The position numbers and the translations under genes are program-made. A DNA stretch of 64,000 nt, from NCBI GenBank assembly GCA_003140935.1, contig PLLJ01000041.1:12212-76211 (forward strand). The letters are read 5' to 3'. Shown here piece by piece: positions 10,601 through 19,284 of the stretch; position 1 is the stretch's first letter, and the number at the start of each line of letters is the position of its first letter. Below the pieces are notes generated by a model that made no database searches, had not been told where the DNA came from, and worked only from the letters and a program-made list of their open reading frames with translations. This stretch comes from Candidatus Omnitrophota bacterium. Lineage in GTDB: Bacteria > Omnitrophota > Omnitrophia > Omnitrophales > Aquincolibacteriaceae.

Positions 10601-11059
10601 GTCCACCCCTCCTGAGATGAGCCCCTTATACTGCTCTTTGTAGCATTCCTTGAGTTCATTAAAGCCGATATGCCCAAGAGATGGAAGCTTGGTCCCGGGA
10701 CCGACAGCGCCCATGACAAATCGCGGATGATCCGGCGAGGAGTATTTTTGGGCGAGCGCTTTGGCAAGATGCGCCGCTTTTTCGTTCAGCTCAACCACGC
10801 GGTCTTCTAAACCGTACTCCGCAAGCACCATACGATTCGAGCCGAACGAGTCGGTTTCGATCACATCGCAACCTGCCTTCAGAAAACTTTCGTGGACGCT
10901 CTGAATGGCGTCGGGCTTCGTGATGACCAAATATTCATTACAGCCGTCCTTGCCTCCGAAATCCTGGGAAGTAAGACCGAGGGTCTGGAGATTTGTGCCC
11001 AATGCCCCGTCAAACACAAGGACCTTCTCATTAAGCCGTTTCAGGAATGGATGTGTCAT
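7607..11059 (-). CDS. metH: B12-dependent methionine synthase
   Basis: GMNCATGP, GGCCGTTPEH, pterin-binding domain, VKGDVHDIGKN cobalamin motif, RYSFGYPACP. Confidence 0.97.
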   Translation of the reverse strand: MTHPFLKRLNEKVLVFDGALGTNLQTLGLTSQDFGGKDGCNEYLVITKPDAIQSVHESFLKAGCDVIETDSFGSNRMVLAEYGLEDRVVELNEKAAHLAKALAQKYSSPDHPRFVMGAVGPGTKLPSLGHIGFNELKECYKEQYKGLISGGVDGLLIETCQDLLQTKIAIIAAVEYFKETGRRLPLMAQVTLEPTGTMLLGTDIHAVIATLEMFPVDVIGMNCATGPAEMVEHVRTLCENSVKHISVLPNAGLPENVGGAAHYHLTPTELADFHERFVKEFGVSIVGGCCGTTPEHLKAVVDRVGKCIPKKRTPKHEPACASLYGISPYAQKPPPLLVGEQANANGSKKFKQLLEREDYDAIVNVAREAVKEGAHLVDLCVAYVGRDEKKDMSEVISRFNQHVTVPVMIDSTEYAVIEEALKHVAGKPVINSINLEDGGERLRRICPMAKKYGAALVALTIDEKGMAKTREEKLRVAKRIYQIVTQQYGIRPEDLFFDLLTFTVGSGSEEFRNAAPETIAAIRRLKRELPDVHTILGISNISFGLAPHARQVLNSVYLHECVEAGLDAAIVHAQKIVPIFKIAADDLEIAKRLLHNKWIDGKDPLQEYIAHFSGKQGMAEKPREKAGTVEEILKNHILDGSSDDLAADLDEALKKYKPLEIINELLLEGMKVVGELFGAGKMQLPFVLQSAEVMKKAVAYLEQFMDKSEGQERGRIVLATVKGDVHDIGKNLVDIILTNNGYKVFNIGIKQPVEAIMKAAIENRADAIGLSGLLVKSTLVMKEDLEEMSRRGIKLPVICGGAALTERYVERDLAQAYQGPVHYGRDAFSGLKIMERIKQGSAPEKQEAKTSTPVIPVPPAPPPKAVPPLSSAVHVIKGPSFHVHRDNPIPKPPFFGYRILKNLRMQEVFPWINKIALYRAQWQFKQGDRTPREFELYLQENVEPIFERFKAQTVREKILEPKVIYGFYKCYSEGNDLVVLDGSAQNELTRFTFPRQSREPYQCIADFFRPKGGETDIVAFHAVTVGKRASEVEKKLFKANKYAEYLYLHGLSVEAAEALAEYTHLLIRRDLGIDQRDKRTKDEIFRQGYQGSRYSFGYPACPNLEDQKKLFHVLPAEKIGISLSETFQMAPEQSTSAIIVHHPQAKYFSA

Positions 11060-11151
11060 AAGCCAGGTATTTTATCACAACTTTTGAAATTTAAACGAGT
11101 TTCGTCTTTATATGGACATGATAAACTGCTGAAAATCCTGTGTGGGATGCC

Positions 11152-12645
11152 CTAAAGGCGGGAAAAATGGGCTCGAACGGCTTCAGCGGTTTTTGGGTCG
11201 ATCCCTGGAACATCAAGAAGCTTTGCGATACTGGCATGACGGATCTCCTCTATGGAATTAAAATGCCGGAGAAGGAGACGCTTCCGCTTCTCACCCATAC
11301 CCGGGATGTCATCTAAAACAGAACGCTGCAGGGCCTTTGTCCTAAGCTGGCGGTGATACGTGATCGCAAACCGGTGCGCTTCATCCCGAACCTTTTTTAG
11401 AAGGTAGAGGGCCGGAGAATCTGATGCAAAAACAAGCGGCGCATGAAACTTCGGTGAGTGGATCCACTCGAACTGTTTGGCGATAGCAATAAGATCGATC
11501 GTTCCCATCCCCTCCTGAACAAGCACCCGGACCGCAGTATTAAGATGCCCCTTGCCACCATCGATTATAATAAGATCCGGCATGAAGTCTTCCCGGCCTT
11601 CCTGGATACCGCGAAGCATGCGTCTCAAGGCCTCCGCCATCATAGCGTAATCATTGATCCCGGAAACACCTCGGATCTTGTAGCGCCGGTACCCGAACTT
11701 GTCCGGAAGTTCCCGGTAAAAGCTCACCTTCGATGCCACGGCCTGATCTCCCTGCACGTTCGAGACGTCAAAACAAACGATGCGCTCGGGGATCCTCTCG
11801 AGCTTCAGCTTCTGTTTCAGTTCCATCGTCGCCGAAAGCGAGATGCCTTGTCCCGGATTCTTTGGAAAGAAGCGTTTTTTGCGGAGTTTTGAAAGAGCAT
11901 CGATCTGCTCTTTAAAAAATTGAGCATCCTCAAATCGCAACTCCCGACTGGCCTTCTCCATCCTGTCATTGAGATATTGAGCAAAGCTTTTTTTGCCTCC
12001 CCCAAGAAAACGTTTCACTTCATCGATCAGACGATCATATTCCGGCTTCACCTCCGGCTTGATGCACGGGGCAATGCACTGCCCGATATGATGGTAAAGA
12101 CACGCGACCCTAGGAAGCACCTGACATTTCCGGATCGGAAAAAGATCGTTGATCAAATTCACGGCTTGATGCAGAAGCTTCGCGTCGGTATAGGGACCGT
12201 AATAGATCGCCCGCTTGTCGGTCTTTTGACGCGTGACGCAGATCCTCGGAAATTTTTCTCGTGTGATCTTAAGCAGGGGGAAACTTTTATCGTCTTTGAG
12301 GTCCTGATTGTAACGGGGTTGGTGCTTATGGATCAGATGCGCCTCGAGAAGCAACGCATCCACTTCCGTTGGAGTGTCGATATGATCGATCGCCCGTACC
12401 TTCTGCATCAGGATCGCGATCTTGGGGATCGGCGATGGAACTTTGAAATACGAAAGCACCCTCTTGCGAAGTGACTTGGCCTTACCGATATAGAGGATCT
12501 CTCCCCGCTCGTCGCGCATCAGATAAATACCGGGCATCAGGGGGAGTTTCCCTGCAACAGAGCGGAGACGTTGAAAGGCATCGGTTGGCGGATGGCGGCG
12601 GGCGCTTGGTTTTTCGTCATCCTTCATCTTGGTTTCAACCGTCAT
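11152..12645 (-). CDS. uvrC: Excinuclease ABC subunit C
   Basis: GIY-YIG (PGIYL...YIGKAKSLRKRV), FDVSN, IDGGKGH, RDEAHRFAI, HhH. ATG 12645 has a GGAGG RBS. Confidence 0.96.
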   Translation of the reverse strand: MTVETKMKDDEKPSARRHPPTDAFQRLRSVAGKLPLMPGIYLMRDERGEILYIGKAKSLRKRVLSYFKVPSPIPKIAILMQKVRAIDHIDTPTEVDALLLEAHLIHKHQPRYNQDLKDDKSFPLLKITREKFPRICVTRQKTDKRAIYYGPYTDAKLLHQAVNLINDLFPIRKCQVLPRVACLYHHIGQCIAPCIKPEVKPEYDRLIDEVKRFLGGGKKSFAQYLNDRMEKASRELRFEDAQFFKEQIDALSKLRKKRFFPKNPGQGISLSATMELKQKLKLERIPERIVCFDVSNVQGDQAVASKVSFYRELPDKFGYRRYKIRGVSGINDYAMMAEALRRMLRGIQEGREDFMPDLIIIDGGKGHLNTAVRVLVQEGMGTIDLIAIAKQFEWIHSPKFHAPLVFASDSPALYLLKKVRDEAHRFAITYHRQLRTKALQRSVLDDIPGMGEKRKRLLLRHFNSIEEIRHASIAKLLDVPGIDPKTAEAVRAHFSRL

Positions 12646-12672
12646 CCGGCATCCTCCTTCCGTCATTCTGAT

Positions 12673-14259
12673 TTATGTTCCGTCCATCAGATTTTCGGCA
12701 TCGATCGGGTTGGTGACCGGTTTCCGCTTTTTCCGGAACCAAGCCCAAGCCTCCTTGGCTTCCGGAACATGGCACGCGAGACACAGACCCAGATAAGCGA
12801 GCGTGGCGACGGCAATGCTGCCGAATACCTGAATAATCTGCATTCGAGACCCTTGCCCCGGTATCCAGTACCTGAAAAATTCGAGACTGTAGTGAACGAT
12901 CACGCCCATCACGAGGGATGCGAGCAGGATACGCAAAAAGGAAGCGCCGATTTCGCGGAACGGGAATTCCCCGACCTTTTTGGGATAAAAATAGATCAAC
13001 TGTCCGAACTGAATAATGCCGGCAATCGAGGTCGCGACCGCCAACCCCGCCTCTTTGAAAGGAACCATCAGGATCAGGTTCAGGACTATGTTCGAAATGA
13101 GAGCGAAGATCGAGGTCCTCATCGGGGTTTTGGAATCCTGAGCAGCGTAGTAGCCGCTATTCATGATTTTCTGTCCTGCGAACGCAAAAAGGCCGATCGT
13201 GAACCCCAAAAGAACGGCGGCACTGCGCGCGGTCGAAACGGCATCAAATTCGCCGCGTTCAAAAAGCACCCGGATGATGGGCTCCCGAAGCACGATCAGT
13301 CCAACCGATGATGGGATGATGATGAAAAAAATGCTCCGGAGCGCGAACGAAAGCGTTTTTCGGGACGCTTCTTTTTCTCCCCGAGCGATCTGTTGGGCAA
13401 GCATCGGAAGTAGCGCGGTCCCCATGGCCAAAGCAAATATCCCGAGCGGAAATTGCATGAGGCGGTTCCCGTACCAGAGACTGGAATTCGCGCCGGGACC
13501 GATGAGCATACCCAGCGTCATATCCACGGTGATATTGATCTGAACCACTGCGAAACTCAGCACCACCGGTAATAAGAGCCGCCATGTCTTTTTTAGACCT
13601 TCATAACCGGTGTCCCAGACCCATCGGAACTTGAAACCGATCTTACGAAGCGGCGGTAACTCAACCGCCACATGCAAAAAACCGCCGAAAAGAATGGCGT
13701 AGGAAAGCCAGCTGATCTTCGCAAGATAATCATGCCCCATCCAGGATGGCACCCAAAGTACCGCGCTGATCCATACAAGATCGAGGATCGCAGTCGCCAT
13801 GGCTGGAGCAAAAAAATGTCGGTGGCTGTTCAGGACCCCCATTCCGAGCGCATAGAGCGACAAAAACCAGAGGTAAGGGAAAAGAATGCGCGAAAGCTCC
13901 AGAGTCAGCATCACAGTCGGGGAATGAAAACCAATCTTAAGGAGGATATGGAGAATACCTTCGACAGCCAGAATGAAGGCAAAAAGTGAAAGGCTCAGGA
14001 AACTGAATGTGATGTTGGCAAAGCGGAACGCCTCCTGAGGCCCCTGTTTTTCTCCGATCTCATTATAGACCGGGATGAAAGCGCTTGTGAGCCCACCTTC
14101 GCCCACAATACGGCGGAAAAGGTTCGGAAGCATAAAGGCATAAAGAAAGGCGTCATATTGCCAGTTCGTCCCGAAGCTTTTGGCGCTCACGATATCCCGG
14201 ATCAGCCCTAAAATACGGCTGATAAGAGTCATAGCTGCCACCACCACGGCCGCTTTCAC
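12673..14259 (-). CDS. murJ: Lipid II flippase MurJ (start codon uncertain)
   Basis: SRILGLIRD, PNLFRRIVGEGGL, RLMQFPLG. The track ORF extension to 14514 overlaps rpsT and is not credible. Confidence 0.93.
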   Translation of the reverse strand: MKAAVVVAAMTLISRILGLIRDIVSAKSFGTNWQYDAFLYAFMLPNLFRRIVGEGGLTSAFIPVYNEIGEKQGPQEAFRFANITFSFLSLSLFAFILAVEGILHILLKIGFHSPTVMLTLELSRILFPYLWFLSLYALGMGVLNSHRHFFAPAMATAILDLVWISAVLWVPSWMGHDYLAKISWLSYAILFGGFLHVAVELPPLRKIGFKFRWVWDTGYEGLKKTWRLLLPVVLSFAVVQINITVDMTLGMLIGPGANSSLWYGNRLMQFPLGIFALAMGTALLPMLAQQIARGEKEASRKTLSFALRSIFFIIIPSSVGLIVLREPIIRVLFERGEFDAVSTARSAAVLLGFTIGLFAFAGQKIMNSGYYAAQDSKTPMRTSIFALISNIVLNLILMVPFKEAGLAVATSIAGIIQFGQLIYFYPKKVGEFPFREIGASFLRILLASLVMGVIVHYSLEFFRYWIPGQGSRMQIIQVFGSIAVATLAYLGLCLACHVPEAKEAWAWFRKKRKPVTNPIDAENLMDGT

Positions 14260-14299
14260 AAGATGATGCTTTCCGCTCTTCTGCGCGGGGGGATGCGGA

Positions 14300-14328
14300 T
14301 TGACAGAACGGGGACCCTGTGTTACATT
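14300..14328 (+). promoter_or_regulatory. Sigma70 promoter for rpsT
   Basis: TTGACA(14300)-17-TACATT(14323). Confidence 0.75.
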
Positions 14329-14362
14329 GTCGCCTCTTTTTTCACCCAAAGGAGTCATCGAA

Positions 14363-14626
14363 ATGCCCAATATTCGTTCTGCTGCAAAACGTATTCGAAG
14401 CGATGCAAAAAAACGTGCAAAGAACATGGCCGTTCTTTCTGAGCTGAAATCCCTCAGTAAAAAACTGGCCCAACTCTCCTCCGAGCCCGAAAAGGCCAAA
14501 ACACTGGCCGCCACGCTGGTGGCCCGTTATGACCACGCGGTCAGCAAAGGTGTGATCCCGCGCGGTCGTGCGGACCGGAGAAAATCCCGCATCGCGCTTT
14601 TCCTCGCCAAGATCAAGAAAAAGTAA
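14363..14626 (+). CDS. rpsT: 30S ribosomal protein S20
   Basis: MPNIRSAAKRIR...KGVIPRGRADRRKSR; AAGGAG RBS. Confidence 0.95.
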   Translation: MPNIRSAAKRIRSDAKKRAKNMAVLSELKSLSKKLAQLSSEPEKAKTLAATLVARYDHAVSKGVIPRGRADRRKSRIALFLAKIKKK

Positions 14627-14648
14627 GACTTCCCGAATTTCCTCTTTC

Positions 14649-14684
14649 AAAGCCGGGTTTTAGTTCCGAACAAAACCCGGGTTT
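14649..14684. terminator. Hairpin between convergent rpsT and holA
   Basis: CCGGGTTTT / AAAACCCGG inverted repeat. Confidence 0.65.
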
Positions 14685-14694
14685 GAATAGGTCA

Positions 14695-15678
14695 TCACAA
14701 AGCGCTATATTCCAAGAGCCAGGCTTCCAACCCCGGAATGCCTTCAAGTTGACCGCTCTTGGCCTTCCGGTCGATCTGATAGAGCGCCTCTATGGCTGAT
14801 TCTAAGCGCTCAACAGGAAATTTCCTCAACGCGCTCAAACGGGCCGGAGACATCCGGAGCCTGGAGCCGACTTCGCGTTCGGAAACTCCCGATGATAAAA
14901 GCATGGCCGCCTGCCATAATTGCCGGAGCTGCCAATGCAGAATCCCGAGGAGAGAAAAAAGATCCGCCTCATAAAATTCCGTCAGGTCGCGAAAAACCTT
15001 AAGAACTCTCGCCGGATCACGGTCCACCAGAGCATTCGTAAGTTTAAAAACATCCATCTCCGTCCAGTTTTCCTCGAACCGGTTAACCATGTCTTCATCG
15101 ATCTCTTGCAGGTCGCCAGAAAACTGCACGAGTCTCTCAAGCATGGTATCCAGGAACATCATCGCATCTCCGCACATAGCAAGGATCCGAGCCTTGGCGC
15201 CGGAAGACATGGCCTTGTGATATTGCTTGAGTTTTTGCTGGATGAATATCGCACCTGCTCCCCGGGCTTCGTCCCTCGCCAAAAGGATCAGCTGCCCTTT
15301 GGCCTTCATGAGTTTTTGAAGCTCCGAAGCACCTTTGAGATCATCGGATTCCAGGATCAGGGTAGTTTTGGTCGCAGGTTTTCCGAGATAAGCGGCCAGG
15401 ACTTCAAGATCAGGCTCCTTCAGAAATCCTGCTCCCTGCGCATAAATGACCTGTCCCGATGATAAGAACGGAAGAGTCCTTGCAGCGGCTAAAACGGTTT
15501 CAAGAGGCGTTTCTTCCAGATCGAATGTTTGCTGAGCGAGAGGCTCTCCCGCTTTTTTTTCGATCTCAGAAACGAGAACCTTGGCCTTTTGGGTTCTAAG
15601 GAAGGGGTCACCGACAATAAGGAAGACTTCTGTTCTCAAAGGAACCGTCCGGGGAAAAGGATCACCAGTCTTCGACAA
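14695..15678 (-). CDS. holA: DNA polymerase III delta subunit (start uncertain, 15639-15678)
   Basis: VFLIVGD.FL, ARTLPFLS, VFKLTNAL, IDRKAKSG; lptE-holA-rpsT synteny. Confidence 0.9.
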   Translation of the reverse strand: MSKTGDPFPRTVPLRTEVFLIVGDPFLRTQKAKVLVSEIEKKAGEPLAQQTFDLEETPLETVLAAARTLPFLSSGQVIYAQGAGFLKEPDLEVLAAYLGKPATKTTLILESDDLKGASELQKLMKAKGQLILLARDEARGAGAIFIQQKLKQYHKAMSSGAKARILAMCGDAMMFLDTMLERLVQFSGDLQEIDEDMVNRFEENWTEMDVFKLTNALVDRDPARVLKVFRDLTEFYEADLFSLLGILHWQLRQLWQAAMLLSSGVSEREVGSRLRMSPARLSALRKFPVERLESAIEALYQIDRKAKSGQLEGIPGLEAWLLEYSAL

Positions 15679-16189
15679 TGCGATCCGCAATATTATAGGC
15701 GAGATTACGGACGGCATCCACGGATGCCTTCTGCTCACCGATTGATGTAGCGGTAGTCACATAGTACTCCGTACTTCCCGAAAAATTCGGTTCCTCCCAG
15801 ATCAGATCTCCCGTCTTCGCGTCCACAAGCTTCAACCTGACAACCATAAAAAGACGGTACTGCGACACACCCTCCAAGGAGGTGAACCGAAGTCCCTCTT
15901 GCTCCAAAGACATTAGATCTGTTTTTAGAATCGTGTCGGCTTTCTTCTGTTCCACGACTTTCAAAGTGCCGTCCATCTGGAGCCGCTGGATCACCGCATT
16001 GGTGATATCCATCTCAAGCCCGGGCTGATAAGCGTAAATACTCTCGGGATCGAGCTTATTCTTTACCGTCTCAACATAGATCGTTTTCATATTCCTCGGT
16101 AACACCGTATGACGTGTGTAACCGCACCCGCTAAACGCCCACACCGCTACTAAACCCCAAACTCCCACCCATCGCATATTTTTCATCAT
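15662..16189 (-). CDS. lptE: LptE-family lipoprotein
   Basis: Lipobox FSGC followed by GY, KTIYV, AD.IL, LIWE; lies directly upstream of holA. Confidence 0.8.
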   Translation of the reverse strand: MMKNMRWVGVWGLVAVWAFSGCGYTRHTVLPRNMKTIYVETVKNKLDPESIYAYQPGLEMDITNAVIQRLQMDGTLKVVEQKKADTILKTDLMSLEQEGLRFTSLEGVSQYRLFMVVRLKLVDAKTGDLIWEEPNFSGSTEYYVTTATSIGEQKASVDAVRNLAYNIADRIVEDW

Positions 16190-16202
16190 GAGTCCCCGTT
16201 GA

Positions 16203-19190
16203 TCACTTGCTACTAAAACGTTCTTTTTCCGTGGAAAGAAAATCATGCCGCGTGGCCAGATCCGAAAGACGCTGTCCGATGCGGGCCTTTTCAGTCTCGA
16301 TATCCTGCTGCATCGCCTTGGAGGTCACGGTCGGTATCACTTTATCGGCCTCCGTGATCCGTTTTTCAAGGATCGACCTCTCCTGCTGTTCCATAACAAG
16401 TTCTTCACCGATCACACTGGCGAGTTCCGCTTTCACTTTTTTGAAGTCTTTATATCTCTTGGCGCCTTCGGCGTCCGTTGGGACTTCTTCCTTGTCCGCA
16501 ACTCCAAGCGCAAGTCCTTGTTCACGGGCATAAATACTGTAAGAAATCTCGAGCTGCTCCCGGAGGTTCATAGCATCTTCCCGGAGTTGTTTCTCATCCG
16601 GGACCAATTCGGCTTTTTCCTTTTTTCCCGCGTCTGTTGCTGTAACCGTAGAATTACTAGGAGGGGTCACCGGCGTTTTTTCCTTGATCACGGCCTCCGT
16701 AGCCTCCAGTTCGGCTTTAAACCGGTCAAGCTCCTTGGTTTGATTGTCCAATCGATTCAGAAGGACATCTTTTCTGTCTTTTCTGGGCACGACGCGGCGC
16801 GAGCTCTGAACCGCCTCCTCGATAAAGGTGTACGGTACCTTAACGTATGAAGCGCGGAACTTCATACCTCCTCCAAGCGATGCTTTCGCGTTCAAAATTT
16901 CGAGCTCTTTTTCAAGCTTGTCGATCTCCTCAGCCTGCGCTTGGATCATGAGACTTTCCAGCTCGATCCCCTGCTGGATTTTTTTTGCTTTTGTATCAGA
17001 GGCCGGCTTCTTCGCGGCATCGGTCAAAGTAACATCCTTGTTCGGAAGCCCAAAAATGAATGCCTTGGCAAGATAGGCGGTACCGGTGACCGGTTTAGCA
17101 AGAGTCTTCAAAACTCCCTCTCTTTTTTCCTGAGGGTTCAACGTCTCATCTAATTCGGCAAGAAGCTTTCCCTTGTCCTTTTGACGATCTTGAATGTCCT
17201 GATAACGTTTGCGGAGTTCCTTTTCCGTACTTTTGATCTCCTTACGGAGTTTACGCGCATCGACATCCTTTTGCTCATCAAGAGATTTCATCATGGCCTG
17301 CTGTTCCTTCAAAGCCAGCTCCTTGTCAAAAGCGGTGCTAAGAGTTTCGACGATATCCTGTTGGGCCTTGACCTGCTCCATAAGATGCATTTTCAACTCA
17401 AGCAATTCTTCGATGCTCTTCTTTTGAAGATCGCCCGTCCCGCCGGTAAACGGATTGATAGCCTGCTTTTGAGCCGTTTGATTTTCGATCATTGCCTCAA
17501 GTTCCTGTTCGGCGGATTTTCCAAAGTGTTTTTCGTAGAGCGCCATTTTCTCGTCCAACTTGGCCTCAAGAGCTTCTATTTCATTCTTTCGTGCCAAAAG
17601 TTTTGGATCGGTCGGCTTGCCGAAATCTTTTTTCTCGACGCCACGCAAACGCTTTCGTTTCAGGCCGCTTTCGGAACGCTCAGGCGTCAGCAAGGCCTGC
17701 AGCTCACTATACCGCTTGTAGAGCTTCTCTTTCTTTTCGAGAAGCTCCTTTTTCTTCCGGGAAAGCTTATAAAGTTCTTTTTCGTCCATCTGCTGGATTT
17801 TTTGCAACGGAGTCTCGGGCTTTCCCACGAACGGGATCAGATTTTCATAGAACTTCGTTTCCGAAATCCCTAGCTCTGCGCGCCAGGATTCAAGACGGCT
17901 CTTTTCCTCGGCAAGCGCATCGCGCTCGGCCTCAAGAGACCCTCGCCAACGATCCATGGCCTTTTGGAATTCGGGAGATGTATTATTCTTGAAGCGTTTT
18001 TTCTTACGCTCGAGCTCTTTGAACTTTTCATTCAGTTCCTGTTCGCGACGCTTCAGGTCTTGTTTACGTCGATTTAAACTCTCGGATTTGTTCTTATCGA
18101 TCGCCTTGATACGCTTCTGCAGCTGAGCGATCTCCTTTTTAAGTTGTTCCCGTTCGGCCTTCTGACCCGGCCCCAGCGCCTGGTATTTCGCCTTCAACGC
18201 CCCTAACTCTTTCTGTAATTCCTCAGCCTTGGCATTAAGATATTTCACAGGCTCCTGCAATGAATTCATTTTTTCCGCGGCTTTCTGACCCCAACTCGTA
18301 TTCGGATAGCGTTTCGCGGTGTCGCGGTAATAGATCAGCGCGCTTGTAACATAATTATCCTTCTCGTAATAGAGGCCGATCCGATAGTTCTTCTCAGCAT
18401 TGAGCTCATCCACTTCCCGGCTGATCTTTTCGGCTTCTCCGGCTTCTTCGGACCCCGGATATCGTTTGAGATAGCTCTGTGCCTGACGAGCCGCTTCTTC
18501 GAGCGCATTTTGGTCACGCGTCTGGCTTGAAGACTTCGCATAAGAAACCTCGGCCATCCGAAGACGAGCCTGCCGAACCAGGTTGCTTTTCGGGTATTGA
18601 TCGATCAAATTTTGGTAGGCTTCCAGTGAATCATCAAAACGCCCGGACTTTTGGTAGGCAACCCCGAGATCAAACTGTGCCTTGTCCCCGAATGCTCCAT
18701 AAGGCGCCGCCGCCACGATCTGTTTGAACACTTCAATGGCCAGCGGTAATGATGGGCGGATATCGAGCCCCAGGAGCTTTCCTTTTTTCCCGGAAAGAAA
18801 CATCGTCCCAATTTGATACTCGCGCTCGATCACTTCTTCAAAACGCTCGCTCTGGGGATAGGCTTTTATCAGAGCTTGATAGGCCTTGTGAGCTTCCACA
18901 AAATCGCCGGTCTCTTCCAAAATAGTCCCCAGTCGATATTGCGATTCAGGAGCCACCCGGGATTTGGGATACTGCTTGAGAACTATTTTAAATTGTTCGG
19001 CCGCTTTATCGAGCTTTTTCTCTTTATAAAGATCGAGGGCATTATCGAAGATATCATCGGCACCGCTTTGAGTCTCGGATTGGGTATTGACGAACTTCCC
19101 CTGCTCGGGAGACCAGACCCAATCCGCAAAGGCGAAAGAGTGCGGGAGAAGCAGTATAAAAATGAGGGCAAAAACCTTCGAGATTTTCAT
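16203..19190 (-). CDS. BamD-like TPR protein with very long C-terminal coiled-coil extension
   Basis: Signal peptide, repeated TPR units (QYPKS, AYPQS, RYPGS), IGLYYEK...SALIYY..TAKRYPNT typical of BamD, then ~680 E/K/L-rich residues. Confidence 0.8.
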   Translation of the reverse strand: MKISKVFALIFILLLPHSFAFADWVWSPEQGKFVNTQSETQSGADDIFDNALDLYKEKKLDKAAEQFKIVLKQYPKSRVAPESQYRLGTILEETGDFVEAHKAYQALIKAYPQSERFEEVIEREYQIGTMFLSGKKGKLLGLDIRPSLPLAIEVFKQIVAAAPYGAFGDKAQFDLGVAYQKSGRFDDSLEAYQNLIDQYPKSNLVRQARLRMAEVSYAKSSSQTRDQNALEEAARQAQSYLKRYPGSEEAGEAEKISREVDELNAEKNYRIGLYYEKDNYVTSALIYYRDTAKRYPNTSWGQKAAEKMNSLQEPVKYLNAKAEELQKELGALKAKYQALGPGQKAEREQLKKEIAQLQKRIKAIDKNKSESLNRRKQDLKRREQELNEKFKELERKKKRFKNNTSPEFQKAMDRWRGSLEAERDALAEEKSRLESWRAELGISETKFYENLIPFVGKPETPLQKIQQMDEKELYKLSRKKKELLEKKEKLYKRYSELQALLTPERSESGLKRKRLRGVEKKDFGKPTDPKLLARKNEIEALEAKLDEKMALYEKHFGKSAEQELEAMIENQTAQKQAINPFTGGTGDLQKKSIEELLELKMHLMEQVKAQQDIVETLSTAFDKELALKEQQAMMKSLDEQKDVDARKLRKEIKSTEKELRKRYQDIQDRQKDKGKLLAELDETLNPQEKREGVLKTLAKPVTGTAYLAKAFIFGLPNKDVTLTDAAKKPASDTKAKKIQQGIELESLMIQAQAEEIDKLEKELEILNAKASLGGGMKFRASYVKVPYTFIEEAVQSSRRVVPRKDRKDVLLNRLDNQTKELDRFKAELEATEAVIKEKTPVTPPSNSTVTATDAGKKEKAELVPDEKQLREDAMNLREQLEISYSIYAREQGLALGVADKEEVPTDAEGAKRYKDFKKVKAELASVIGEELVMEQQERSILEKRITEADKVIPTVTSKAMQQDIETEKARIGQRLSDLATRHDFLSTEKERFSSK

Positions 19191-19233
19191 AAGTCGTTTA
19201 CAAACTTCAGGTTAGGAAAATTTGCGAGGGGTT

Positions 19234-19263
19234 ACTATATCATGGGCTAAGAAAAATTGTCAA
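19234..19263 (-). promoter_or_regulatory. Putative sigma70 promoter for the bamD-like/lptE/holA operon
   Basis: TTGACA-18-TATAGT on the minus strand. Confidence 0.55.
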
Positions 19264-19284
19264 TAGAAATGACCCAAAAACAGC

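Noticed and set aside
11060-11151. Cobalamin or SAM riboswitch upstream of metH
   Set aside because: Short AT-rich spacer with no B12 box or S-box motifs.
14260-14514. N-terminal extension of MurJ in the ORF track
   Set aside because: Antisense to rpsT and its promoter; MurJ similarity begins near 14259.
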